Source: an uncultured Bacteroidota bacterium | Lineage (GTDB): Bacteria; Bacteroidota; Bacteroidia; Bacteroidales; GWA2-32-17 | NCBI GenBank assembly: GCA_903872185.1 | Contig: CAIQJL010000264.1 | Location: forward strand, 64,038 to 128,037 | Direction: 5' to 3' | Length of the DNA stretch: 64,000 nucleotides | Shown: positions 36,049-45,349 of the stretch, piece after piece | How positions within the stretch are numbered: the stretch's first letter is position 1 | How the letters are laid out: the number at the start of each line of letters is the position of its first letter | Position numbers and translations under genes: made by a program | Notes under the pieces: generated by a model | What the model saw: only the letters and a program-made list of their open reading frames with translations | Databases searched by the model: none | What the model was told of the DNA's origin: nothing

Positions 36049-37425
36049 TTAATTTGAAGAAATAAAAACAAGTTTTTTATTTTCTATTAACTCATTATTC
36101 GAATACACAGATAAAATTAAATTTATCTGCTTTGTATGAATTTTAGATTTATCAAGAACTATAAAGAAAACACTCTCAAGAGAACCCTGATCTTTTACAA
36201 TCAATTTCTGGTTTCCAGCCATTTGAACTTCACCTTCAGGGGAATCTAATCTAATCTCAATTTCCTGACTTTTATGAGTCTTATTAAGAATATTAATATT
36301 ATACAAATTACTTATCTTACCATTTGGTTGGTCCTGGAAAAGAGTTCCTGATGTTCTTAAAATAGTAGTCTGAATATCCGTTCTAACAGTTAATAAATAT
36401 GACAAGAAAATTAACAACAATACTAATACTGAAGTATAACCTATTATTCTTGCATTAAACTTTACCCGCTCTCCTTTTTCAATATTATTTAATGATGCAT
36501 ACCTTATTAAACCTTTTGGTTTATCAATACGATTCATAACTGAATTACAAGCATCAATGCATGCAGTACAATTTGTACACTCTAACTGAACACCATTTCT
36601 TATATCAATTCCAGAAGGGCAAACGTGCAAACAATTTGCACAATCGATACAGTCACCATTATCAGAATCTGATTGTTTTCCGCGAGGCTCACCACGCTTG
36701 TAATCATAAGAAACAGCAATTGAATTTTTATCTAAAAGTACACCTTGTAACCTTCCATAAGGACAAATAATTGTACAAACTAACTCTCTTATCTGAGAAA
36801 AAACAAAATAAATTACTGTGGAGAAAATTATTATTCCAACAAATTTACCGCTATGTTCACCATTAAGAATGGCAAATACACTCTCATATCCATTCAAATA
36901 AGACAATAATGTAACTCCAAAACAAAAAGAAACTAACCAGAATAATATATGTTTAATTGTTTTTTTAGTAATCTTTTCAGCAGTAAGAATCTGTTGATTT
37001 AATTCTTTTTGCTTTGCTGGTCCACCTTCTATTAGCCACTCAATATTTCTAAAAACCAACTCCATAAAAACCGATTGCGGACAAGCCCAACCACAAAATA
37101 TTCTGCCATATATAACAGTAAACAAAATAATAAATATTATTATGGAAATCATAATAAGAAAGAACATATAAAAATCTTGCGGCCAAAAAACTTTTGTAAA
37201 AAGAATAAACTTTCTTTCTAAAATATCAATCAGAAATATTGGCCGTCCGTTTACTTTAAAATATGGGCCCAGAATAAAAATCAGAATTAAAAAATAACCA
37301 AACAATAACCTTAAATTATATAATTTACCCTTTGGCTTTTTTGCATAAATCCAGATTCTTTTACCTTCTTCGCTAACAATACTTAACCTATCACGAAATG
37401 TTCGTTCTTTTTGCTCTTTGCTCAT
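36049..37425 (-). CDS. ccoG: cytochrome c oxidase accessory protein CcoG (4Fe-4S ferredoxin-type membrane protein)
   Basis: 458 aa. TM segments with CGWACPQ, CPYGRLQ, CIDCANCLHVCP and CTNCTACIDAC. Confidence 0.88.
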   Translation of the reverse strand: MSKEQKERTFRDRLSIVSEEGKRIWIYAKKPKGKLYNLRLLFGYFLILIFILGPYFKVNGRPIFLIDILERKFILFTKVFWPQDFYMFFLIMISIIIFIILFTVIYGRIFCGWACPQSVFMELVFRNIEWLIEGGPAKQKELNQQILTAEKITKKTIKHILFWLVSFCFGVTLLSYLNGYESVFAILNGEHSGKFVGIIIFSTVIYFVFSQIRELVCTIICPYGRLQGVLLDKNSIAVSYDYKRGEPRGKQSDSDNGDCIDCANCLHVCPSGIDIRNGVQLECTNCTACIDACNSVMNRIDKPKGLIRYASLNNIEKGERVKFNARIIGYTSVLVLLLIFLSYLLTVRTDIQTTILRTSGTLFQDQPNGKISNLYNINILNKTHKSQEIEIRLDSPEGEVQMAGNQKLIVKDQGSLESVFFIVLDKSKIHTKQINLILSVYSNNELIENKKLVFISSN

Positions 37426-37456
37426 TATAATAATTTAATAAAGGCTTTAGAACAAT

Positions 37457-38029
37457 TTAATTTATAACTGTTCCCTGCGGAGCTTTTGCATTTGCCGGAT
37501 TTGAACCTTTAAACTTAATAAGGATATAACTAGCAAGTTCTAAAATCTGCTGATCAGACAATTGATCTTTATAAGGCAACATGCCTTTTGTTATAAATCC
37601 ATATTTAATTGTTTTAAAAACTTCGTTTGGTTTATTTCCATGTATCCATGCATTGTCAGTTAAATTAGGACCAATATTATTTCCTTCTCCGTTATTACCA
37701 TGGCAAGTAAAACAAATTTTCGATTTAAATAATTCTGCACCGGCAACTAAATCCTTTTCATCTTTTAAAAGCACAATATTATTTTCATCTAAGCCTTTTG
37801 TTAAAGAATCAGTTTTTGAAGAATCTACTATTGCCATTTCCTTAGAATATTCGGTAGCTTGATTTGGTCCACCAAAAAAAACATAGTATCCAAAATATCC
37901 AGCCGACCATAACACAGTTAAATAAAACACCCACATAAGCCATGGTGGTGGCTTATTATCAAGTTCTTTTATTCCATCATAATCATGATCCTCAATTAAA
38001 ACTTTACGTTCATTATCTTTTATCTCCAT
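37457..38029 (-). CDS. ccoP: cbb3 oxidase subunit III (CcoP/FixP-type), only one CxxCH heme site visible
   Basis: 190 aa. FixP N-terminal motif HDYDGIKELDNKPPPWLMW, a TM segment and a single heme motif CFTCHG. Confidence 0.8.
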   Translation of the reverse strand: MEIKDNERKVLIEDHDYDGIKELDNKPPPWLMWVFYLTVLWSAGYFGYYVFFGGPNQATEYSKEMAIVDSSKTDSLTKGLDENNIVLLKDEKDLVAGAELFKSKICFTCHGNNGEGNNIGPNLTDNAWIHGNKPNEVFKTIKYGFITKGMLPYKDQLSDQQILELASYILIKFKGSNPANAKAPQGTVIN

Positions 38030-38046
38030 AAAACTAATATTTAGAT

Positions 38047-38223
38047 TTATTCAATATTTTCTTTATCTAATGGCAAATTACTCATCTCATTTGTGTAACT
38101 TTTGTTTAACATAAAAACCCATGCAACAATTCCAATAAAAGTTATAACTGACATCACTGTTGCTATAATTGGAAGCAAATATGAAGATGGATCTAAATCA
38201 AGAAACTGATATATTATTTTCAT
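38047..38223 (-). CDS. CcoQ/FixQ-like small membrane protein (58 aa; below the ORF-track cutoff)
   Basis: Own translation: MKIIYQFLDLDPSSYLLPIIATVMSVITFIGIVAWVFMLNKSYTNEMSNLPLDKENIE*. One TM helix. The ATG overlaps the ccoNO stop (ATGA). It sits between ccoNO and ccoP. Confidence 0.55.
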   Translation of the reverse strand: MKIIYQFLDLDPSSYLLPIIATVMSVITFIGIVAWVFMLNKSYTNEMSNLPLDKENIE

Positions 38224-40385
38224 TTCTTTACTGGATTTGAAGTGGTATCAATAACATTTTGAATTGAAATATCTTTACCAAGCTTATGCAAATAAGCAAT
38301 TAATGCAATTAGTTCTTTATTTGGTGCAACATTAATCTGTACTGCTTTTAACTCATCAGAAATTAATTGAGCCTGAGCTAATAAATCTGCTTTTGCTTTT
38401 AACTCATACCCTTCAGGATAAGGAACACCAACAGTTCTCATTGCATTTATTTTTGCAGCGGTACCGTCTAAATCAATATCTTTTTCGGCTAACCATGGAT
38501 ATGCTGGCATATTTGAACCCTGACTTGTTGTTTGTGGATTCATCATATGATTATAATGCCACATTGCAGGCTTATACATTTTACCTCCAACTACACCAGT
38601 TCTTGCTAAATCTGGTCCTGTACGTTTAGAACCAAACTGGAACGGATGATCATAAACGAACTCTCCAACTTTTGAATATTCACCATATCGTTCAGTCTCA
38701 GATCTGAATGGACGTACCATTTGAGAATGGCAATTATAACAACCTTCCTTAATATAAATATCTCTACCTTCTAACTCTAAAGGAGTATAAGGTTTTACAG
38801 AAGCTATAGTTGGAATATTTGATTTTACAACTATTAAAGGAATTACTTCAATAGCACCTCCAATTGCAACAGCAATAAAAATGTAAATTGCAAAACGTAC
38901 AGGTTTACGCTCTAACCAACGATGTGCTGTTTCACTTAATGCAGAACGTTTTTCAGATTTTTCTAATGCAGGAGCAGTTGCTTCCTCTTCACTAACAAAT
39001 TTACCTGCCTTTATTGTTTTAATTAAATTGTATACCATTACAAGAAATCCAACAAGGTACAATGAACCTCCAATTACTCTTGTATAGTAAAAAGGATTTA
39101 TTTGTGTTACAGTTTGCAAAAAGTTAGGATATGCTAATGTACCTTCAGCATTAAATTCTTTCCACATTAGAATTTGAATAAATGAAGCCCAATACATAGG
39201 AACTGCCCACAACAATATTCCTAATGTTCCGATCCAGAAATGGAAATTCGCAAGCTTTTTCGAGAATAATTCGATATTAAATAGTCTTGGAATTAACCAA
39301 TATAACATTGCAAATGTTAAAAATCCGTTCCAAGCAAGTGCTCCAACATGTGCATGAGCAATTGTCCAATCGGTAAAATGACTAATTGCATTTATTGATT
39401 TTATTGATAATAATGGACCTTCAAAAGTGCTCATTCCATAAGCAGTAATTGCTACAACCATAAATTTCAGAATAGGACTTTCTCTTACCTTATCCCATGC
39501 ACCACGCAAAGTAAGTAATCCATTTATCATACCGCCCCATGATGGAGCAATTAACATTACAGAAAACACAACACCCAAAGACTGTATCCAATCCGGCATT
39601 GCCTGATAAAGCAGGTGATGTGGCCCTGACCAAATGTAGATAAATATTAACGACCAGAAATGAATTATGGATAACCGATAAGAATAAACTGGGCGATTGG
39701 CCATTTTAGGTAAGAAATAATACATTAATCCTAAATATGGAGTTGTAAGGAAAAATGCGACTGCATTATGACCATACCACCATTGAACTAATGCATCCTG
39801 AACACCTGCATAAAAAGGATAACTTTTCAAAAAACTTGCTGGCATCTCAATTGAATTAACAATATGAAGCATTGCTACCGCTAAAATTGAAGCCACATAA
39901 AACCAGATAGAAACATATAAATGCTTTACTCTTCTTTTTATTATTGTTCCAATAACATTTGCACCAAAAACAACCCAAACAAGGGCAATCATAATATCAA
40001 CCGGCCATTCTAATTCAGCATATTCCTTACCGGTTGTATAGCCTGCAGCAAGAGTTAAAGCTGCGCAAACAATAATAAGTTGCCATCCCCAGAAATGTAT
40101 TTTACTGAATAAATCGCTAAACATTCTTGCTTTCAGCAATCTTTGTGTAGAATAATAAACCCCCGTAAAAATTCCATTTCCAACAAATGCGAAAATTATT
40201 GCATTTGTATGAATTGGCCTTATTCTACCAAAAGAAGTAAATTCTATCCCAAAATTAAGAATTGGAAAAGCCATTTGCAAAGCAGCCAGAATTCCTACTA
40301 AAAGAGCAACTGCAGCCCAAAGTATTGTTGCATATGCAAACAATTTAACAATTTTGTTGTCGTAATAAAAAGTTTGTTGTTCCAT
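38220..40385 (-). CDS. ccoNO: cbb3-type cytochrome c oxidase, fused subunits I and II (CcoN-CcoO)
   Basis: 721 aa. Heme-copper oxidase core (multiple TM segments, HxxxxxxH..., WYGHNAV, HHLL, WTIAHAHVGAL). The C-terminal CcoO part carries CYNCHSQMVRP. Confidence 0.93.
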   Translation of the reverse strand: MEQQTFYYDNKIVKLFAYATILWAAVALLVGILAALQMAFPILNFGIEFTSFGRIRPIHTNAIIFAFVGNGIFTGVYYSTQRLLKARMFSDLFSKIHFWGWQLIIVCAALTLAAGYTTGKEYAELEWPVDIMIALVWVVFGANVIGTIIKRRVKHLYVSIWFYVASILAVAMLHIVNSIEMPASFLKSYPFYAGVQDALVQWWYGHNAVAFFLTTPYLGLMYYFLPKMANRPVYSYRLSIIHFWSLIFIYIWSGPHHLLYQAMPDWIQSLGVVFSVMLIAPSWGGMINGLLTLRGAWDKVRESPILKFMVVAITAYGMSTFEGPLLSIKSINAISHFTDWTIAHAHVGALAWNGFLTFAMLYWLIPRLFNIELFSKKLANFHFWIGTLGILLWAVPMYWASFIQILMWKEFNAEGTLAYPNFLQTVTQINPFYYTRVIGGSLYLVGFLVMVYNLIKTIKAGKFVSEEEATAPALEKSEKRSALSETAHRWLERKPVRFAIYIFIAVAIGGAIEVIPLIVVKSNIPTIASVKPYTPLELEGRDIYIKEGCYNCHSQMVRPFRSETERYGEYSKVGEFVYDHPFQFGSKRTGPDLARTGVVGGKMYKPAMWHYNHMMNPQTTSQGSNMPAYPWLAEKDIDLDGTAAKINAMRTVGVPYPEGYELKAKADLLAQAQLISDELKAVQINVAPNKELIALIAYLHKLGKDISIQNVIDTTSNPVKK

Positions 40386-40388
40386 CTA

Positions 40389-40568
40389 TTATTTATTTTC
40401 TACTTTTTTATCTTCGTTTATTATGTCACTTTTATCGTCAAATAAAATTCTAACAGAAGGCGTGTAATCATCATCAAATTGGCCGGATTTAACTGCCCAC
40501 ACAAACGCCCCAAGGAATCCAACCGCTGCAACTAAGCATATTACAATTAAAATAAAAATTACTTCCAT
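40389..40568 (-). CDS. ccoS: cbb3 oxidase maturation protein CcoS (59 aa; below the ORF-track cutoff)
   Basis: Own translation: MEVIFILIVICLVAAVGFLGAFVWAVKSGQFDDDYTPSVRILFDDKSDIINEDKKVENK*. One TM helix plus the SGQFDD motif. It ends 3 nt before the ccoNO ATG. Confidence 0.75.
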   Translation of the reverse strand: MEVIFILIVICLVAAVGFLGAFVWAVKSGQFDDDYTPSVRILFDDKSDIINEDKKVENK

Positions 40569-40786
40569 CTTATATTTAATGGTACAAAAATAAAAATTTT
40601 ATTAAATATTTATTTAAGTACATCATTATTTAAATAATCTTTTTCAAATTTCAACATTAATTTACTGATATTCACTAATAATTTATTAATTTTATTAATC
40701 TTTTTGATCTAATTTACAGACATTAAAATTTTCGTGAATCTTCTCAGAAAAATTACGAAATTCGGCAATTATTATATTTGATATAA

Positions 40787-42262
40787 ATGCCAAATCAATT
40801 TAAAAGATATTTAACTTATTATATTCTTATTATCTTCACTTTACTGTGTAATAATATTCTAATTGCACAACAGAATCAAAATAATATTTCGAATAAAACT
40901 ACACAGGCAAGTATTGACTCAAGCATTATGAACATGCAATCAATACTAAAACAAGATAAAGCAGTACAGTATTATTTACCAGCCGATTCGGTACCTGTTT
41001 TTTCTGATTTAATTTTTGAAAGCCGTATTACCAAATTAAGCTTAACAACTCCTATTGCACTAGACTACAACGCTGTAGTAAAAAAATACATTGATTATTA
41101 TGCAATAAAAAAACGCGGATTGGTTTCAAAAATGCTTGGAATTAGTCAGTATTATTTTCCATTGTTTGAATCTACTTTAGATAAATATCATCTTCCACTG
41201 GAGTTAAAATATTTAGCAGTGGTAGAATCAGCGCTTAACCCAACAGCTAGAAGTAAATCGGGCGCAGTAGGTTTATGGCAGTTTTTATTACCAACCGGAC
41301 AAATGTTAGACTTAAAAATAAGTTCATTTGTTGATGAACGTCAGGATCCTGTAAAATCGACCGAAGCTGCATGCCGTTATTTAGAATATCTTTATAATAC
41401 TTTTAATAATTGGCAACTTGCTTTAGCTGCATATAACGGTGGACCAGGCACAGTAAGAAATGCAATTATCCGCTCGGGTGGAAAAACTGATTTTTGGGAC
41501 TTAAGGCCATATTTGCCCGTAGAGACACAAGGTTATGTCCCTGCTTTTATTGCAACCACATACATTATGAATTATGCAGTTGAGCATAACATAAAACCAG
41601 ATGTTCCAAAATTATTTTATTATCAGGTCGACACGGTTATGATAAACCAACCTGTGTATTTTGCTTCTATTGCAAATAATTTGAAAATACCTGTTGAAAC
41701 AGTTAGATTTTTAAATCCTGCTTATAAAACTAATTATATTCCTAAATATAGCGAATCGGTTCCTTTGGTTTTGCCTGCCAATAAAATCTCCGCATTTGTA
41801 CAAAACCAGAATAAGATTTTTAGTTTTGCTTTTCCATCCGATTCAATTTCTAAAGCAAAAGTTAATCCCGAAGACGAATCAAAAACACTTATTACGCACG
41901 TTGTTGAAAAAGGCGAATATTTAAATAAAATTGCACTTAGTTACAGATGCTCAGTAAACGAAATTATGGAATGGAATAACCTTAATTCTATCAGTTTAAG
42001 CTCTGGAATGGTTTTGAAAATATGGGCTCCTGATCATATTATTGCATCTTTAACCGACATTAATAACAACGACACAAAAAACCATAACATTTTAACACAA
42101 AAATCTATTATTTACACCATTCAAAAAGGTGACACATTATTTAGTATTTCTCAAAAATTTGTTGGTACTTCTGTAGCTGAAATAATGCAATCTAACCAAT
42201 TAACAAAGGAAAGTAATCTTGTTCCAGGTACTCAAATTAAGATAAGTACTTTTTCGAATTAG
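40787..42262 (+). CDS. lytic murein transglycosylase (MltD-like) with two C-terminal LysM domains
   Basis: 491 aa. SLT domain motif AVVESALNPTARSKSGAVGLWQF...AAYNGGPG. LysM repeats HVVEKGEYLNKIA... and YTIQKGDTLFSIS.... Confidence 0.88.
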   Translation: MPNQFKRYLTYYILIIFTLLCNNILIAQQNQNNISNKTTQASIDSSIMNMQSILKQDKAVQYYLPADSVPVFSDLIFESRITKLSLTTPIALDYNAVVKKYIDYYAIKKRGLVSKMLGISQYYFPLFESTLDKYHLPLELKYLAVVESALNPTARSKSGAVGLWQFLLPTGQMLDLKISSFVDERQDPVKSTEAACRYLEYLYNTFNNWQLALAAYNGGPGTVRNAIIRSGGKTDFWDLRPYLPVETQGYVPAFIATTYIMNYAVEHNIKPDVPKLFYYQVDTVMINQPVYFASIANNLKIPVETVRFLNPAYKTNYIPKYSESVPLVLPANKISAFVQNQNKIFSFAFPSDSISKAKVNPEDESKTLITHVVEKGEYLNKIALSYRCSVNEIMEWNNLNSISLSSGMVLKIWAPDHIIASLTDINNNDTKNHNILTQKSIIYTIQKGDTLFSISQKFVGTSVAEIMQSNQLTKESNLVPGTQIKISTFSN

Positions 42263-42280
42263 CTAACAAATTGTCTAATA

Positions 42281-42316
42281 TACTAGAATAGATTCTTCGT
42301 TTCACTCAGAATGACA
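42281..42316. repeat. compact member of the same intergenic repeat family (TAGAATAGATTCTTCGTTTCACTCAGAATGAC)
   Basis: It shares the 10-mer GATTCTTCGT with copy 2 (28938). It shares GTCAT..TCTGAG (reverse strand) with copy 1, and ATCTATTCTA (reverse) with 28967..28976. It lies between convergent genes. Confidence 0.4.
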
Positions 42317-42333
42317 AAAAGGGAAAATAATAC

Positions 42334-43158
42334 TTACTCTGGAAACCGATACAAATCCTCTTTTCTAAAAGTCCACTCCGGTGTTTGTAACACATCACCA
42401 AAATCAATATCATACCATGGACTTATTTGGTTATCGTCAGGATTTTTTAGTACATGAATTTCCTGAGCAGGCATATAGCTTTGCGCAATCATAAAAACTA
42501 TTTTTCCTGCTTTGCTTTTTGCAACATCAACAACTGTAACAGCGTGCCCGTATGGATTGCCCGAAACAATAAAAACATCGCCTGCTTTAATGTTTTTTAA
42601 TTCAACTTTTTTTAATTCCTTTTTTAGTGAAGCTGTATTTGCAAACGAAAAAATATAATTCATGTAAGATCTGAATTTTTTAAATGAATGGTCGCCATTG
42701 CAATAATCCTTATAATATCTGGGTTTGCCATCGCTTAAAAAATTAAAATGTATTTCGTTAAATTTTTTCTGGTTAAATAAATATTCCCCCCGTAATCTCA
42801 TTACAGCATCAGCACATTGTTGTAAATCCTGACTTCCTACATCCATTTTAATAATTGCAAACTGAGCCGACTGGTTGTATTTTGGAGTTTTATTATATAA
42901 ATATACAGTATTGTTATCAGTTTTTAACGGAAGATGCTGCAAATAATATCCAAAAGAACTAGTATCGTTCTTTTCTCTAACATAATTCAATGGAACTGGA
43001 ATTTCTGAAATGTTTTTGAACCATGCTTTTTCTTGCACTTGTATTTGAGCAAATGCTTGGTTGTTTTGATTGCCAATACATGAAAATAGAATAACAGAAA
43101 AACATGTAAATGTAACCAGATTTAACATTCGCTTTGTTAATTGTCTTAATTTCTTCAT
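42334..43158 (-). CDS. exported protein, DUF4846-like
   Basis: 274 aa with a signal/lipoprotein-like N-terminus (LFSC). The family assignment is from memory of similar Bacteroidota proteins and is tentative. Confidence 0.5.
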   Translation of the reverse strand: MKKLRQLTKRMLNLVTFTCFSVILFSCIGNQNNQAFAQIQVQEKAWFKNISEIPVPLNYVREKNDTSSFGYYLQHLPLKTDNNTVYLYNKTPKYNQSAQFAIIKMDVGSQDLQQCADAVMRLRGEYLFNQKKFNEIHFNFLSDGKPRYYKDYCNGDHSFKKFRSYMNYIFSFANTASLKKELKKVELKNIKAGDVFIVSGNPYGHAVTVVDVAKSKAGKIVFMIAQSYMPAQEIHVLKNPDDNQISPWYDIDFGDVLQTPEWTFRKEDLYRFPE

Positions 43159-43245
43159 GTTAAAGGGTAATAAATTGGTAAAAACTTTTAAATGTATTTA
43201 TTACTAACTATAAATTTCGTTAATTATTTTTGAAACAAAAAATTC

Positions 43246-44106
43246 ATGAACGAAAAAGTTAAGGTAGCCAGTTTATCAATTGCCTCAAATACAACGCTTA
43301 TAATAATAAAATTATTTGTTGGAATTTTTACTGGTTCTGTAAGTATAATATCCGAGGCAATCCACTCCACTATGGATTTAGCTGCTGCTATCATTGCTTT
43401 TTTCTCAGTAAAAGTTTCCGATACACCTCCAGACAAAAGACATCAATATGGCCATGGTAAAATTGAAAATATTTCGGGTGTAATTGAAGCCATTTTAATA
43501 TTTATTGCATCAATTTGGATAATTTACGAAGCTGTATCTAAAATAAAATCTGAAGAGAAAATCGAATCTATTGGACTTGGATCATTAGTCATGTTAATTT
43601 CTGCAGGAGTAAATATAATAGTATCACGTAAATTATATAAGGTTGCAAAAAAAACAAATTCTATTGCATTAGAAGCTGATGCACTTCATCTTAAAGCAGA
43701 CGTTTACACTTCACTTGGAGTTGCATTAGGACTGGGTCTTATTTGGTTAACAGGTTACCAGATTCTCGATCCAATTGTTGCTATTTTAGTTGCAATATTT
43801 ATTTTATATGAATCTTTTCAATTACTAAAAAAAGCTTTTAGTCCGCTTTTAGATTCTGCTATGGATGAAACTGATTTAAATACAATTCATGATTATTTCG
43901 AAAAGAAAAACATAAAAGTGCACGATTTACGAACCAGATTATCGGGAAAATACAAATTTGCAGAGATACACATGGTAATGTCAGGTAAAAAGACTTTAGA
44001 AGAAGTGCATGAAGTCTGTGATGAAGTAGAAAAAGAATTGCAGCATAAAATACATGATTTTCAGCTTACAATTCATCCTGAACCAGAAACAAAGGAAGAA
44101 AATTAG
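43246..44106 (+). CDS. cation diffusion facilitator (CDF) family metal efflux transporter
   Basis: 286 aa. Six TM segments with SIISEAIHSTMD and HLKADVYTS metal-site motifs, plus a C-terminal cytoplasmic domain. Confidence 0.9.
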   Translation: MNEKVKVASLSIASNTTLIIIKLFVGIFTGSVSIISEAIHSTMDLAAAIIAFFSVKVSDTPPDKRHQYGHGKIENISGVIEAILIFIASIWIIYEAVSKIKSEEKIESIGLGSLVMLISAGVNIIVSRKLYKVAKKTNSIALEADALHLKADVYTSLGVALGLGLIWLTGYQILDPIVAILVAIFILYESFQLLKKAFSPLLDSAMDETDLNTIHDYFEKKNIKVHDLRTRLSGKYKFAEIHMVMSGKKTLEEVHEVCDEVEKELQHKIHDFQLTIHPEPETKEEN

Positions 44107-44185
44107 TAGGAATAATTATTGTTTAAGCGTTACTGAATTTTGCAGTTTTAATTTTTTTTTCTAATTTTCCAAAAATACTTTGATT

Positions 44186-45349
44186 ATGATACGTCTTATA
44201 GCTTTCATTTTTGTGGCTTTAATTTTAACAAGCTGCGGTTCTTCAAAAAAATTATACCAGCATGGTAATTATGATCAGGCAATTCACAAATCTGTAAAAA
44301 AATTACGTGGAAATCCGGAAAACACAAAAGAGATGAATGTACTTGAAAAATCGTACAATGCTGCAAATGATATTAACAACAGCAGAATAAAATTTCTTAA
44401 AACTGACGGTAAACCAGAAACATGGAATGAGGTTTTTAATAATTATTCAATGTTAAAAGACAGACAACAGTTAGTAAAAACAGTTTTACCATTAAAAGAT
44501 GGCAATAGAATAATAGATTTTCCACAAATTGATTATGATCGCGAAATTGTTGATGCAAAGAAAAATGCAGCAGAATATTTTTATGTGCATGCAAAAAAAC
44601 TTCTTTCGTATAATGATAGATTTAAAGCCCGTGATGCATATTTTGAGTTTAAAAAAGTAAAAGAATATTACGAAACTTATCAAGATGTAGACAAATATAT
44701 TGAAGAAGCCAGAAAAGCTGGGATATCAACTGTATTAATTCAATTTGACAATAACACAATTATTAAATTACCACAGGAATTTGGTTTGCAGTTATTAGAT
44801 TTTAACACAGCGCAGTTAAACAGCGAATGGGTTAATTATTCAAATAAAAACATGAACTACAATTATAATAATTTGGTTAAAATTAATCTTAAAATGATTG
44901 ATATTTCTCCAGAAAAATTAAAAGAAAAAGAAAGTGTTCAAACAAAATTAATACAAGATGGAACCGAAGTAAAACTTGATCAGAATAATAATGTTGTAAA
45001 GGATTCTTTAGGCAATCCTATTCGTGTTCCCAGAATGGTAACAGTTAGCTGTAAAGTTTTTGAAGTTCTACAACAAAAAGCAGCGCATCTTGACGGAACA
45101 ATAGAATATTACGACTTACCTGCAAATAATCAAATTACATTGAAACCTTTGGCTTCTGATTTCTTTTTTGAAAACCGCGCAATTACAGCAAATGGCGATT
45201 TACGGGCTCTAGAGACAGAAACAGCAAAGTTGGTAGGAAAAACACCTGTTCCTTTTCCAAACGATATTCAAATGATAATGGGAGCGACAGATATATTTAA
45301 AAAAGTTATGATAGACCTTTTACGAGAAAATAAGTACGTTATTAAATAA
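44186..45349 (+). CDS. lipoprotein of unknown function
   Basis: The track start 44180 is TTG. ATG at 44186 gives MIRLIAFIFVALILTSCGSS (lipobox). The TAA stop overlaps the hflX ATG. Confidence 0.5.
   Translation: MIRLIAFIFVALILTSCGSSKKLYQHGNYDQAIHKSVKKLRGNPENTKEMNVLEKSYNAANDINNSRIKFLKTDGKPETWNEVFNNYSMLKDRQQLVKTVLPLKDGNRIIDFPQIDYDREIVDAKKNAAEYFYVHAKKLLSYNDRFKARDAYFEFKKVKEYYETYQDVDKYIEEARKAGISTVLIQFDNNTIIKLPQEFGLQLLDFNTAQLNSEWVNYSNKNMNYNYNNLVKINLKMIDISPEKLKEKESVQTKLIQDGTEVKLDQNNNVVKDSLGNPIRVPRMVTVSCKVFEVLQQKAAHLDGTIEYYDLPANNQITLKPLASDFFFENRAITANGDLRALETETAKLVGKTPVPFPNDIQMIMGATDIFKKVMIDLLRENKYVIK

Noticed and set aside
40569-40786. Searched the region upstream of ccoS/ccoNO for an FNR/CRP-type box (TTGAT-N4-ATCAA).
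   Set aside because: Only a single half-site-like TTGATC was seen, with no matching second half, so no call was made.
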